Of a stretch of DNA of 64,000 nucleotides, positions 22,714-33,829 are shown in pieces. Every line of letters starts with the position of its first letter. Position 1 is the first letter of the stretch. The notes under the pieces were generated by a model, which ran no database searches, had not been told where the DNA came from, and saw nothing but the letters and a program-made list of their open reading frames with translations. The DNA is from Blastocladiella emersonii ATCC 22665 (taxonomy: Eukaryota; Fungi; Blastocladiomycota). The position numbers and the translations under genes were made by a program. The stretch is from the NCBI GenBank assembly GCA_025594325.1, contig JANHCV010000006.1, positions 124,001 through 188,000 of the forward strand, given 5' to 3'.

Positions 22714-24779
22714 GTCGGGAACACGATGCAGCCGAATAGACTCGCAATCACACGCTCAAGTCGAGTACAAAGCAACGAGCTTTCTATTTTGCGGCACCCG
22801 TCAACGTGCTCGCGATCGACCACTCAAATTGGCATCCAGCCACACGGCCGAGCCCTGCGCAACGTCCAGCACCGCACCGCGAGCGGGTGATATCGAGGGC
22901 TGCACCCGCGCGAGCGACGCGGCCTTTTCACGGCGCCCACGAGAGTCCAGCCCACGAGCGCGGTGCAGTAACCTAGGCAGGGCTCAAGGGTCGTCGCGTC
23001 GATGAGCCGCAGCATCCCGAATTGGCGAAATGTGCAAAGTCGCCGTGTGACTTCCACGGTGCACGGTCGTCGACCGAAAGTGATTGTGAGATGGGCGATA
23101 CTTTTCGAGAAAGCGCTCGAGTGCGATTCGAGGTCGATCTTGTCAGTCTCCAATGCGAGGCAAACACGACGTGGCCTCGACCGTGGAAAATGAAGAAGTG
23201 GATATGGCTGATGCGCAACTTCTCGTTGAATGACGGCGGTTCGTTGAGGCCGGGTCACGATTACCCATAACCGCGATCAGTTTGGTGATGCCGCCGCTAT
23301 CGCCTTGGTCAAAGCACAGCCTACACGTGTCATCCAACACGGATCGGTGTCAGCAAGTTCTTTCTCGGTACAAGAAGGCGACCGCAACATCCGACGCGCC
23401 AGTGCCACTTTCGTACCTTTGCGTCGAGTGAGAACCATGAGTGTGTTCAAGGGGACGACGTTAGGTCAAGGGCGGGAGGATCAAGAACACAGCAAGCGGG
23501 TTCATTTGTCGTCGTGACAATATCGGTCCGCATTTCGGTGTGAGGCAAACCCCGAAAGTGCACGAAGCAGCCAACGTGGCGGCTTAAGCGACTGTCACGT
23601 CTCGTCTCGTCTCAGCAGTTTATACGCGGTTTGCGCACAAACGCTCGACTCGGGCGTAGGACCGGTGGTGGAGACGCACCACCATCAGTCACGGCGCCAG
23701 CGTCGCCGTGCAATTGTTGCAATTATTCATGGTAAGCAAGTGTTACGAGAGCAGAGAGTCGTCGTGGGCGGCGGTACCGCGAAAAGGGCCACGGCGGCAG
23801 ACCCGCGTCACGCTTCAGCACCGCACTGTTATCGCGAGGATGCACTTGCGCGTTCGGCGCGGTCTTTTCACGGCAATCGCGCGAGTGCAGCCCAAGAGCG
23901 CGGTGCAGAAGCTGGCGAGGCTGGAGTTCTAGCAGCAGAGTTGTTGACCGTGTACCGGACCCCACTGCGTCAGTAGGACCGGAAGCGTTGCCGTACAGCT
24001 GAGAAATGCTGGAGACCCATCAAAGACTTTTTAATCAGACTCGCGGAATGCTCCGTGAGCAACTACGTAAGCTTGTTTTAATTGTGCTAAGCTAATGAAA
24101 ACTCGACGCTGCTTGAGCGCGTTTGAGGACACACGCTGATACTGTAGTGCGGATGCCTAGGTCGAGAGGCGAACTGCTTGGGCGGCTAAAGGTCAAGATG
24201 GGCGAAGTGCGGACTGCCGGGACTGTCTTTCGCGTCAAACAGGGCGTTGCGAAGCCATTTCTCAAACCCGTCGTCCAAATACAGTGGCCGCGTGAGAGAA
24301 TCCGACGCGTCCTCGCCCAGCATGTTGAGAAACAAAACGAGCGCTGGCCTTAGTAAAGCGTTCATCATAATCGCAGTGTTGGTGCTGTGGGCTTGGTAGA
24401 TGGCGAGAGCGTAAGAGTCGACAATGAGCCGCTGTGGTGCGCCTCAATCCCAAGGATTTGCACCTGGACCGTCGTATCCTAGGCCGATGCGCCCTGCTCG
24501 AGTTACCAAAGCGTCGAGCTGCGACATGGCCCAGCGACCAAATGGCGAACGGCTCCCATGAGCCTCACGGCAGCACAACCCAGTTCGAGCTTATAAACCG
24601 AGTGAAATGCATGTTGTTGCCATTGATTATGCGAAGCGGGGTCGTTGAAGCACGTAGCGAAAGAGGCGCGCGCGGACTTCGCGCACGCGCGGTCGGAGCC
24701 AGGGGGCTGTCGGAGCGGTCGCCGATCACTCCGCCGGTCACATGTGCTAGACGTGATATCCCGACGCGTTTCCAGCTAT

Positions 24780-25142
24780 CCACAGACACAGATGAGACGA
24801 GTGTGCACGAACGAGCTGAGAGCATTGAGTCTCTCACCATGAAGCCGGCCGTGGCACTCTGTCGCGAATCGTCGCGCTGAGCGACTGTCCTCCATGGGCG
24901 AGAGCTTCCGGAAGTCCTCTAACTTGACGACCACAACAGACTACGTCAAACTCGGCCATCGTGATGCCTTGTCTGACCACCACGACAACCGCTTTGGGGC
25001 ACGGGCACGCGTTTTAACTCGGCAGGATCGGGGGCGTGCGGCGCGTGCGCGAGCCTCCTGGACATGGCCTCCTGACCGCTCAACTGGGAGTCACAACGAG
25101 GCGGCCGACCAGCTGGCCAAGGGCGGCGCGCGCCGGTACTAG
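24780..25142 (+). pseudogene. Degenerate RNase H domain remnant (retroelement- or RNase H1-derived)
   Basis: Motifs in the expected order across two frames: ERAES (RAE), TTTDYVKLG (TDSxYV), WTWPPDRSTGSHNEAADQLAKGGA* (W..H.G..GNE.AD.LAK.GA). First catalytic Asp motif not seen. Confidence 0.5.
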
Positions 25143-25599
25143 ACCACGCGGTTCCAGCGTGTGATGAGCAGTTTTGATGAGCCGAGATGCTCCATTGCAA
25201 GAATGTAACCTTGATTTCACGTCCCAACCCGGCTCTCGTTCGGGTCGCCAAGTGAGGTCGCCGAGTGAGGACGAGTGTTGGTAGCTTCGCTGCGTGAGCG
25301 CTAATTATCGACGTCGATCGTTCAGCTTGTTCCTGGCGACTGCGAGCACCGCGACCCCTCCGACACGAACGAGAAGCCGAACGAGACGCGGCTCGAAAAC
25401 CAACGCGTCGCGCGCGTGATCGCGTTGTTGATCGCATCGCGGCGATCAGAAGAGGGGAGATGTTGAGCGCCGACCATCGCGGCTTCCCACCCGCGTTGTT
25501 CATTTCATAGCGCGCTCCCCGCTCGCCGACTCCCTGCAACGTATCAGCGACGCGTCTCGGCACACGCCCGCGCTCCCGCACCACCACCAGCGACCAACC

Positions 25600-27585
25600 A
25601 TGCTCGCATCGACCCTGCTCCGCACCTCGACGCGCCGCGCCGTCGCGCTCGGCCGCGCGTCCGTCCCCTTCTCCACCGCATCCTCAACGGCCCGCCCGGC
25701 GTCGACCAAGGCACTCCGGTGGTCCCTCGTCGCGACCGCGTTCGCCGCGGGCGTCGCTGCCGCGACCGTGGGCGGCGCCGGCGCCGACGTGCACAACGAG
25801 ACGGCGGCGACGGCGCCCGCACCCAAGCCGTTTGACGTGACGGGACTGCCCGAGGACAAGCGCGACACGCCCGGGCTGTTCGTGTGGGGCGCCAACGTGG
25901 CGGGGCTCGTCGACCCGAAGCTCAAGCTGACGGACCCGGCGACCGTGCTCCCGTCGTCGGCGAGCGACCCCGCCACGGCCGCGCCCGCCGTCAAGTACCC
26001 GCGCCGCAACCGCGTCTTTGACGGCATGCGGTTCCGCGACGTGCAGTTTGGCACCACGTCGGCCGGTACGCCGAGTCTCTATCCTGCGCGACGGTTCTCG
26101 CGTTTACACCCTCGCCGCCCCTCCGTCTAGTTGCGATCGACGAGCACGGCGACGTGTACCAGTGGGGCACCGGGTTCTGCGGCACCGACGCGAAGCGGAT
26201 GCCCGCAGCCCCGACCAAGACCATCATCGGGCACGACATTGTTCGCGTCGCGCTGTCGCCGACGCACCTGTTCGCCGTGTCGCGCGCGGGCGCCGTGCAC
26301 GCGGTCCCGCTCTCTGCCGCGGACCAGGCCGCCAAGTCGGGCGTGCACCCGGTCGCCGACGCAGCGTCGCTCGCCAAGCCCGCGTCCAAGGGCTGGTGGC
26401 CCTTCACCTCGGGCACGCCCGCGCAGTCGGACCTCGCCGCGTTCCCGACGCTCGCGCTGCCCGCGGGCGACGCCAAGGCCGTCGATGTCGCCGCGGGCGC
26501 CGACCACGTCGTCGTCCTCACCGAGGCGCGCAACGTGTACACGGCGGCGCTCACCGCGCGCGGCGTCCACTGCGGCGCAATCGGCCGCGACGCGTCGCCC
26601 AGCGAGTCGGCGGCGCTGCACAAGGCCGTCCCCGAGCCCGAGACCTCGGGCGCGAGTGCGGGCACGCTGTGGGCCGAAGTCGTGCCCGCCGTCGTTCAGC
26701 CCGTTGCCGTCGACGAGATTGCCCTGCGCAAGGTCCCGATCGAGGCGCCCGTCGCCCAGATCGCCGCGGGTCGCGCGCACACGATCGTGCGGACCGCGGA
26801 CGGCCGTGCACTGGCGTTTGGCAGCAACAGTTTTGGGGTTCGTGCTGCTTGATTGCACCCGTCTCGAACAAGGCTAACCCTCTCCCATACGCTTGTAGCA
26901 ACTCGGCCTCGGCGACTGGTCTCGCCAGAACCAGATCACGCCGCGCCCGACTGAGCTGATCGCGCCGCGCCGCCACGCCAAGGTGATCCACGTTGCGGCC
27001 GCCGGGGACGTTACGGCGCTTGTGACGCACCATACCGCCTTCACCCCCGCCACCGGCGCCGTGGTCCCGTCGCGCGCAGCGCCGCCCGCCGACACGTACG
27101 AGGTGTACACGTGCGGCAACGGGCAGTTCGGGTCGATCGGGCACGGCCAGTTCGTGCACGTGCAGCCGTCGCTGACGCGCGTGCGCGCGTTGTCGTCGCT
27201 GCACGAGTACTCGGACGCGGAGCAGAAGCTCGTCCCGCTCGTCCCGCGCGACCTGGTCCTGGCGCCCGTGCACGCCGCGTGCACGCTGGCGCCTGCGCAC
27301 GGTGGCGACGCGACGGGGGATGCGGGGCAGCGCACCGTCTACATGTGGGGCAGCGGAGCCGATTTCGCGACGGGGACCGGCCGCCGCTCGCACCTCGCGA
27401 CGCCGACGCCCGCGAGCCCGCTGCCGTGGCGGTACGGGTTCCGCGCGGCCGGTGGAGCGGCCCCCGGGAACAAGGCGACGGTCACGGGCCCCGAGAACGG
27501 CGACGGGATCGAGCAGATGGTCGTGCTCCCACAGCAGGCCGTGGCCGTTGGGCCCGGCGTGTCGTGCATCTACACCAAGGCCTAA
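25600..27585 (+). CDS. FMP25: Mitochondrial RCC1/BLIP-II repeat protein, Fmp25-like (exons 25600-26065, 26131-26837, 26899-27585)
   Basis: Arg/Ser-rich presequence plus TM segment; PGLFVWGAN, YPRR..FDG..RD, DVYQWGTGF; RCC1 repeats (IAAGRAHT..., AFGSNSFGQLGLG, YTCGNGQFGSIGHG). Two canonical introns restore the frame. Confidence 0.75.
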
Positions 27586-27662
27586 CCGCCGCGCAGCGCA
27601 CGCAGCAGTATTGCAACGATGTCCAAAAAGCAGTTCACAGTATATATATCCATCTCCACGCG

Positions 27663-29405
27663 TCATCCCCGCTGCCGCAGAATCGCCTCGGCGATACGCA
27701 AAAACTCGGGCTCGACGACGGCCCACACGGCGACCAGCTCGGGGCTCGGGGTATACTCGCGCGGCGCGGCCCACACCCAGCCGTGGTCCTCGCCCTTGGC
27801 GGCACGCACGGGGTCCCAGGCGCGCGCGGCCCACCGCCGGTTGACGCCGGAGCTGCACTCCCAGACCGTCTTCTTGAGCGTGGGCTCGTCGAACTGCGGG
27901 AACCGCGCGCGGAGGAGCGGGATCACGGGGGCGACGTGGAAGTCGACAGCGTTGAGGAGGAACTGGGACCGCGCGATCGGCGGCGGGAGCGCGGCCGCCG
28001 GTAAATGCGGGATCGGGGCGCGGAACTGGCGCTCGAGCAGCGCGCGGTCCGGGCACGCGGCGAACCGGTGGAACAGCGACACGAGCGCCTGGTCGAGCAT
28101 GCGCATGTCGCCGCGCATCCCGCCAAACTCGCGCCGGCACCGCACCGACCACAGCAGGTCGCGGGTCCACCGCGGCAGCGAGGGTACGATCTCGATGGAC
28201 TCGAGCACCGCGCGCACGTCCGCGTCCGTGCACGGCGCCGCCGCGCCCGTCGTCGTGTCGGACCGCAGGCACCACTCGAGGTCCTGCACGTCCGACGCGG
28301 TGATCTGCGCCACGGCGCCCAGAATGTCCGGGACCACGTCGCGCGGCGGCGGCGAGTAGCCCTTGGACGCGGCGAGCATCAGCCACACGAGCACCGGCTG
28401 CGCGTGCGAGAAGACGCGTGCGTCCTCGAGCGGGATGATCGGGATCCGCCGGATGAACTCGGTGTAGTCGACGCGGATCAGCGCCGTCGCGGTCGCCACG
28501 GTCTGGTCGACGAGGCGACGCCGGATGCACTTCTGCAGGTGCGACTTGAGGAACGGCACGTTGGTGATGGGCGGCTCGGCGATGGGTGTCGGTGCTGCGG
28601 CGGGTGGGGCACCGTCAACATCCATGGGTGCGGGTGCGGGAGCAGCAGCAGCCGTTGCCGATGAGGAAGACGCGGCGGCCGCGGCAGCGAGGTCGTCGAG
28701 CAGCTCCTGGTCCTCGACGAGCGCCTCCTCGGACGCGACATCCTCATCGTCTTCATCCTCCTCATCATCATAATCATCCTCGTCCTCCTCGCCGTCGGTC
28801 CCCGGCACGACCGCAGGTTTGAGGTCGAGCATCGCGAGCTCGTCGCTGAGCTCGTCGAGCGGGATATCCGTGGCGAGGATCACCGACTTGCGCAGGCCGC
28901 GCAGGTGCACGGCGGCGGTCCACGCGACGCGCGGCAGCGTCTGGATCCCGTGCCGCGAGAAGGTCGCCTCGAGCGCGCCCGCCGCCGTCCGCGTCAGGAT
29001 GAAGTGGTCCGGGATCGTCGGATCGACCCCGCCAAAGTACGCGTGCAGGGAGACCTGGCGCGGACCCGTCAGCGGCGACGCCGAGGCCGAAGACGTCGCG
29101 CGGCCCTTGCCCTTGCTGACGACGGGTGGCGACGTGGTGGTGACTGGCGGAGCCGCGGGGGCGGTGGGAGCGGGTGCGGGTTGAGCTTCGGGCTGCGGCT
29201 GTTGCTGCTGTTGTTGTTGTGAGAGCGACAGCCAGTCACCGACGGATCGCACGGGCGCCGGCGAAGGGCCGAGGACGGGCGTCGCGGCGGCCGAGCTGCT
29301 GGCGGCGGGATCGCCCGCGAACGACGCGCACTCGGCGTCGAGGTGCCGGTTGATGGTCGCGAGCGGCACGCGGCGCGAGCACGCCGGACACTCGATGAGA
29401 TCCAT
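27663..29405 (-). CDS. UBZ4 zinc finger + PIP-box + MgsA/RarA C-terminal-like helical domain protein (580 aa, no AAA+ motifs)
   Basis: N-terminal CPACSRRVPLATINRHLDAEC (Rad18-type UBZ4); QVSLHAYF (29057-29034); LKSHLQKCIRR...D...RRIPIIPLED resembles MgsA_C LISAFHKSMRG..D...RRL....ED. Confidence 0.7.
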   Translation of the reverse strand: MDLIECPACSRRVPLATINRHLDAECASFAGDPAASSSAAATPVLGPSPAPVRSVGDWLSLSQQQQQQQPQPEAQPAPAPTAPAAPPVTTTSPPVVSKGKGRATSSASASPLTGPRQVSLHAYFGGVDPTIPDHFILTRTAAGALEATFSRHGIQTLPRVAWTAAVHLRGLRKSVILATDIPLDELSDELAMLDLKPAVVPGTDGEEDEDDYDDEEDEDDEDVASEEALVEDQELLDDLAAAAAASSSSATAAAAPAPAPMDVDGAPPAAAPTPIAEPPITNVPFLKSHLQKCIRRRLVDQTVATATALIRVDYTEFIRRIPIIPLEDARVFSHAQPVLVWLMLAASKGYSPPPRDVVPDILGAVAQITASDVQDLEWCLRSDTTTGAAAPCTDADVRAVLESIEIVPSLPRWTRDLLWSVRCRREFGGMRGDMRMLDQALVSLFHRFAACPDRALLERQFRAPIPHLPAAALPPPIARSQFLLNAVDFHVAPVIPLLRARFPQFDEPTLKKTVWECSSGVNRRWAARAWDPVRAAKGEDHGWVWAAPREYTPSPELVAVWAVVEPEFLRIAEAILRQRG

Positions 29406-29801
29406 GGCGATGCGTGCTGACCTTTGCGTTGGGAGCGAGGCTGAAGGGAGAAGAGAAGCGAAGCGAAACGAGCGCGAGGCGCCCCCAAAACGGCCGGCGC
29501 GACGGAGTGAGTCGAGTCACGTGCGCGACACGTGCAGATGAAGGACGCGCCTTGACGCGTCGCAGCGAGCACGTACCGAGGATCGAACCAAACGCGGGAA
29601 ATACAAGGGAACGCATGTAATGCGGTAACGATGAATAGATTTTAGTGCGGCTCGCGTCCCAGCCCTCGCCGCAAGCCGTTCCAGCGACTGGGCAAGCGAG
29701 CGAGGTTTGCTGCAAAAGCCCTGTCAGATGGAGGGCTGGAAGCCCTCTCTTTAGAGGGGGAAACCAGACCAGGGGGACTCCGAATAGACGGGTGAAGCCG
29801 A

Positions 29802-29905
29802 AGTGAACCGCCTTGAACCGCCGTGAACCCGCCGTGAACCGCCGTGAACCCGCTGCGAAGCCCAAGTCAAGTCGCGTCAAGCCGCGCGAAACCGCCGTGA
29901 AACCA
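29802..29905. repeat. Short tandem repeat (GCCGTGAACC[C])n, about 5-6 copies plus degenerate copies
   Basis: AAGTGAACCG CCTTGAACCG CCGTGAACCC GCCGTGAACC GCCGTGAACC C... read directly; a further GCCGTGAAACC near 29894. Confidence 0.8.
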
Positions 29906-30289
29906 CGGATCCAGGGTCACGTGACGTTCAACTCGGGCCGCGCCGCCCGCTTGAGCACGCGCCGATCCACCCCTGCTGCGCCTGCACATGAATGTCTCGA
30001 GCAGCCACTACTTGCAATGCACTCGGGAGGCTCTGATGTACACGTTGGTGGGTCGGATGAATCTAATAGTGTCCCTTGGGGCAAACGGGTCGGCGGCAGC
30101 ATGCTGCACGGCGCTGCGCCCCCCGTTGATGTATCCTAACTTCGCTGGTTGTCTTTGCCATGGCTGAGCGCACAAGATGATCCAGGTAGAATTGGGTTTT
30201 GAGCTGGCCCAGAATCCACGTCGCAACGCGTCGCGGCCCAACCATGCGCGGCATGGCGTTGGCTCACTTTTGATCCCATTCAGCGACTC

Positions 30290-32680
30290 CCGTGAGCCGT
30301 GAGCCCCGATCTATGTTGCTGTTTATTCGCGAGACAGATTTCTGGCGGCTCAGCGCGACATGGTGCATGGTTACGCGCCCTCTAGTGCCACCACTTCCGC
30401 CAATTCTTCCCTGTATGTTTTCCAAAGAATCCGGAGGCCTGTTTTGTATCGACAGTCTTTACCGTTACGATGCCCAGCGGCCAACGTAGATGTTCGGAGC
30501 GGCGCACCTCGCTGTCCAACGCCTTGCCAACATTCAAATCAGTCCTTGAGCTTTAAAGGCCCTACTCGTCTCTCCTCTGTAATCTTCTGCTTGATTCCAT
30601 GTCGTGGTGGCACCAGGGCGCGGCTTGCTCACTTCTTGCACGAGGCGCCGTCCCGCATACACAACTTGACGTGCCCAAATTCTCCTCCAGGTACTGTAAC
30701 TGATCGTTTTCGACTTGCTTGCCGCACTCGTGTTCTCCAACTTGGCTTTTTTTAGCTGCAGCGCGAGTACAAGCGCAGCGGCTACGCTCACGCGCTCTTC
30801 CTCTTGCTGGCCAACCTCGTCGTCGTCAAGGACGTGCAGCAGATTTCCGTGCCCTCAGTCAGCGACAAAGCACAAGCGGCTTGCGTCCCACACTACGACG
30901 CCACGGTCGTAAAAACGCGCACGTTCGCCATCGCCGCCAGTGCCATGTGAATTCGCAGGAAGCTCGTGTTTGCCCCGCGCCAGCTGCTGGCGCTCACGGC
31001 GATGCAGCCGCTACTCGTCCTCCGAGAGCCGATGCCCGCCATGGTCCGCGACTACTACCACGTGAACTACGAGCACGGCATTTTCAACGGCCTTGGTCTT
31101 GTCCCGCCAGGCGCGTCGCGCCACTCCGCGTGACTGGCGCGTACTTTGACACGGACGCGCTTCGTGTGCTCCACGTAGCGCAGATCAGCACTCTTGCTGA
31201 TGGTGCAGCGCGCGCCGAGCGCCGCAGTGGTGGTAGCATGTTGGCAACAAGAACGAGGACCGCCATGACAGCTGCCGGCCGCTGCTCAAGCCCAAGTTTG
31301 CCATCGCTGTACTGGTTCTTCTTTGGCCTGATCCCGGCCGTGTTCGTCTGCCTCACATCTGTGGAGGAGGCGCCCGTCGCGCTGTACCAGGCCACCGCCA
31401 TGCTTGAGGTCGTAATGGGCAGGGGCAGTCTCTCGCTCTGCTCTCACTTCATCATCTAGGACGGCCATCTGCATCTCGCGGACCTCGTGCTCCCCGACAT
31501 GACCGCCGCGTAGCAGGTTCGCGTCGTCTTCATCCCGCCCTTCACCCCGAACCAGCAGGTGCTCTCGCGCGCAAGTTCTACAACGCATGCGCTGACGTCG
31601 CCGTCGACACGGAGCACGTCCTTGCTCGGGCCGCTGATCCCGCGAGCGTCAAGGAGATGATGAGCAGCGCCCAGATCTCGCCGCGCCGCGAGGATGACAA
31701 CGACGACCCTGCTGATCGTGCTCTCGGTCATGAAAGTGGGGAGCGCCGCGACGCCCGGCATCGCGACCGTGAGGAGGAAGGTGAGGATGAGCAGCAACAG
31801 CAGCGCCATGGCCACGCCGTCGCAGCCGCCGAGGATCGCCAAAACGCGCGCGTGGTCGTCGACCCCGTGCCGCTCGAGGTGCACGGCACTGCACCGAGCC
31901 CAGCGGAAAGACATGGAAAAGGAGATGATAGAGCTGGCGATGAAGGTAATGGTGGGAAGAGTGGCGACGTTCCGCTTGTCAACAAGGCGTACGCGGTTCG
32001 CCAATCCGGTCAGTACCTGCACATTTACGAGGAACTCTCGCTCGCTGGTTCCTTCCCGCGCGACTCTCGACTCTTTCCGTGGGGACTCCGCGGTTGCAAC
32101 TCGGAACTCGACCAGCGCTACCAGGCCTCCTCGGCCGAGGCGCACTGCGAGCACCTGCTCCACCTCAGCGATTCGCAGCGCGTCGGGTTCATCCTGTTCG
32201 CCTTCGACTACGTGCGCACGCAACACCTGACGCAGAGCGTCCGCCTGCGCGTGCGGAGCCTCCAGAACACGCGCTCGCGGCCGCGTCCATCTCCCAGGAG
32301 GAGCTCCTCGCGGCGTACGATCTGCTCGCCAAGCAGCAGCTCGCCGCGTCGCGTCCAGAAGCTCGACGTGGCCAACATGCAGGAGTCGTCGCCGCTGCGG
32401 CTTCATCAGTTGCAGCACGACACGGCGTCGACTCCTGCGGCCAGCACCGACCGTGGTCGCGTCGCGAATGAGGGTCCGCCGCCGTGCCCTGGTCCGCCAC
32501 CAAGTTTGCGAGGACCGCATGTTGTAGACACGGTTTCGGCGACCCTCACCCACGCGCAGACGAGCAACAAGGAGCGTAGGCTGTGCGGCCAGTGCGTCAC
32601 GGTGCTCGTGAAGACGCTTGACGCTTGGCCACCCATACCTGCAACGCTCGCTTGCGCTTCTCATCTCGGCCAATGGTAAG
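30290..32680 (+). pseudogene. Decayed intron-containing gene of unknown family
   Basis: Protein-like fragments with host codon usage (LQREYKRSGYAHALFLLLANLVV..., QYLHIYEELSL...HCEHLLHL...) broken by stops and frameshifts; intron-like GTACTG...TTTTAG at about 30691-30755. Confidence 0.4.
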
Positions 32681-33745
32681 CACGCTGCCGTGGAACTTGC
32701 AGCAGTCGCTGTAGACAGACGTTTGGGTCGGTCGTGTAGCGCGATGCCAAGCTCCTTCTCAAAGTGATCCAGAGCAGGCACTTGATAAAACCGTATATTT
32801 GACGGCCATCTCAGTCTCAGCTGTCCGTCAAGATGACCATGGCCGGTGGGCTTCCAGCCCTCCTCATGGCGTGGGACGCGAGCGGACGCGAGCTGGCCCG
32901 TCATGGGAATTGCAGTTCCGAGGCCCTCCAATAACAGTGCGCAAAAAGCATGACCCTGTACCATGACTCTGAAAAGTCTGTGAGCGAGTCAGAACGTACG
33001 GCATGCTAGACATCAGCGGTGGAACGTACGCATGCTAAGGCACTGTCTAGGATCGCTAGGCCTCGGGCTTCAGAAAAGGAGAAATGCGAGTGCGCTAAGA
33101 AACTTTCTGTTGGTATCGGTATCACGCCTGATTGATCGATGAGTGATGTGACATACCGCGTCTATCTTTTCATTCTTTCTCACCGGATTTGGGCTTCAAT
33201 AATGGAGCATGTATGCTATCCCTCAAAAAGCCAGGTGTTTCCTTCGAAGTAAACGGCGAGCGGGAGCGAGACACGCACCTCGCGTTAGGCTCCAACCTAT
33301 TGAGATCGTTGACCTCGGATGTGCTGATTTTGTCTGCAATTCCACGACGATTGGGCTGGTCAACGGGGACTCTCAACAGTGGAAATCGCTACGACGGTTG
33401 GTCGAAATGCAAAAGGAGCAGCTGATGGTAATCAACGTTTGAACTGGTGCTGACGTCGCTCACGCTTGGTGGGCCGCATGTCTCACGGCGTTGGTCCAAC
33501 AACGGAAACGCAGCGGAGCAGCACCAAATATCCTCTAGTTCTCAGCCGCATTCAAACCTGCAACGAGTGCGGCTCAAACAGTGAAGTGAAGTTGCGCATT
33601 CGAGGGCAGGTAGTACGAACAGTAAAGAATCTGCCGCCCCGCTCAGTTCACTGTGCCGAGTTTACTGTACCCAAGATTACTGGGCGGTGGCAAGCGGCTT
33701 TCACTGCGCGGCCACACTAGAAACAGTAAAATCACCTGTCCCGAT

Positions 33746-33753
33746 TATATAAA
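33746..33753 (+). promoter_or_regulatory. TATA box of the GTPase gene
   Basis: TATATAAA about 80 bp upstream of ATG 33830 in an otherwise GC-rich context. Confidence 0.6.
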
Positions 33754-33829
33754 GGTCTGCCTCGCCGGGCCCCAACTCGTTGCTCCAGCATCGGCACAAC
33801 AGCAGTTCCACATTTCCTTCCTGCCAGCC

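Noticed and set aside
23143-23340. RINGv-like start (CRLCFD...LI) on the minus strand
   Set aside because: The remaining Cys/His ligands are not present in register; too weak to call.
29802-29905. CRISPR-like array
   Set aside because: Units are 10-11 bp with no unique spacers, and the context is eukaryotic.
30860-31100. TET/JBP or 2OG-Fe(II) dioxygenase HxD motif (PHYD) in the decayed gene
   Set aside because: The distal His and Arg motifs could not be placed; a three-residue match is expected by chance.
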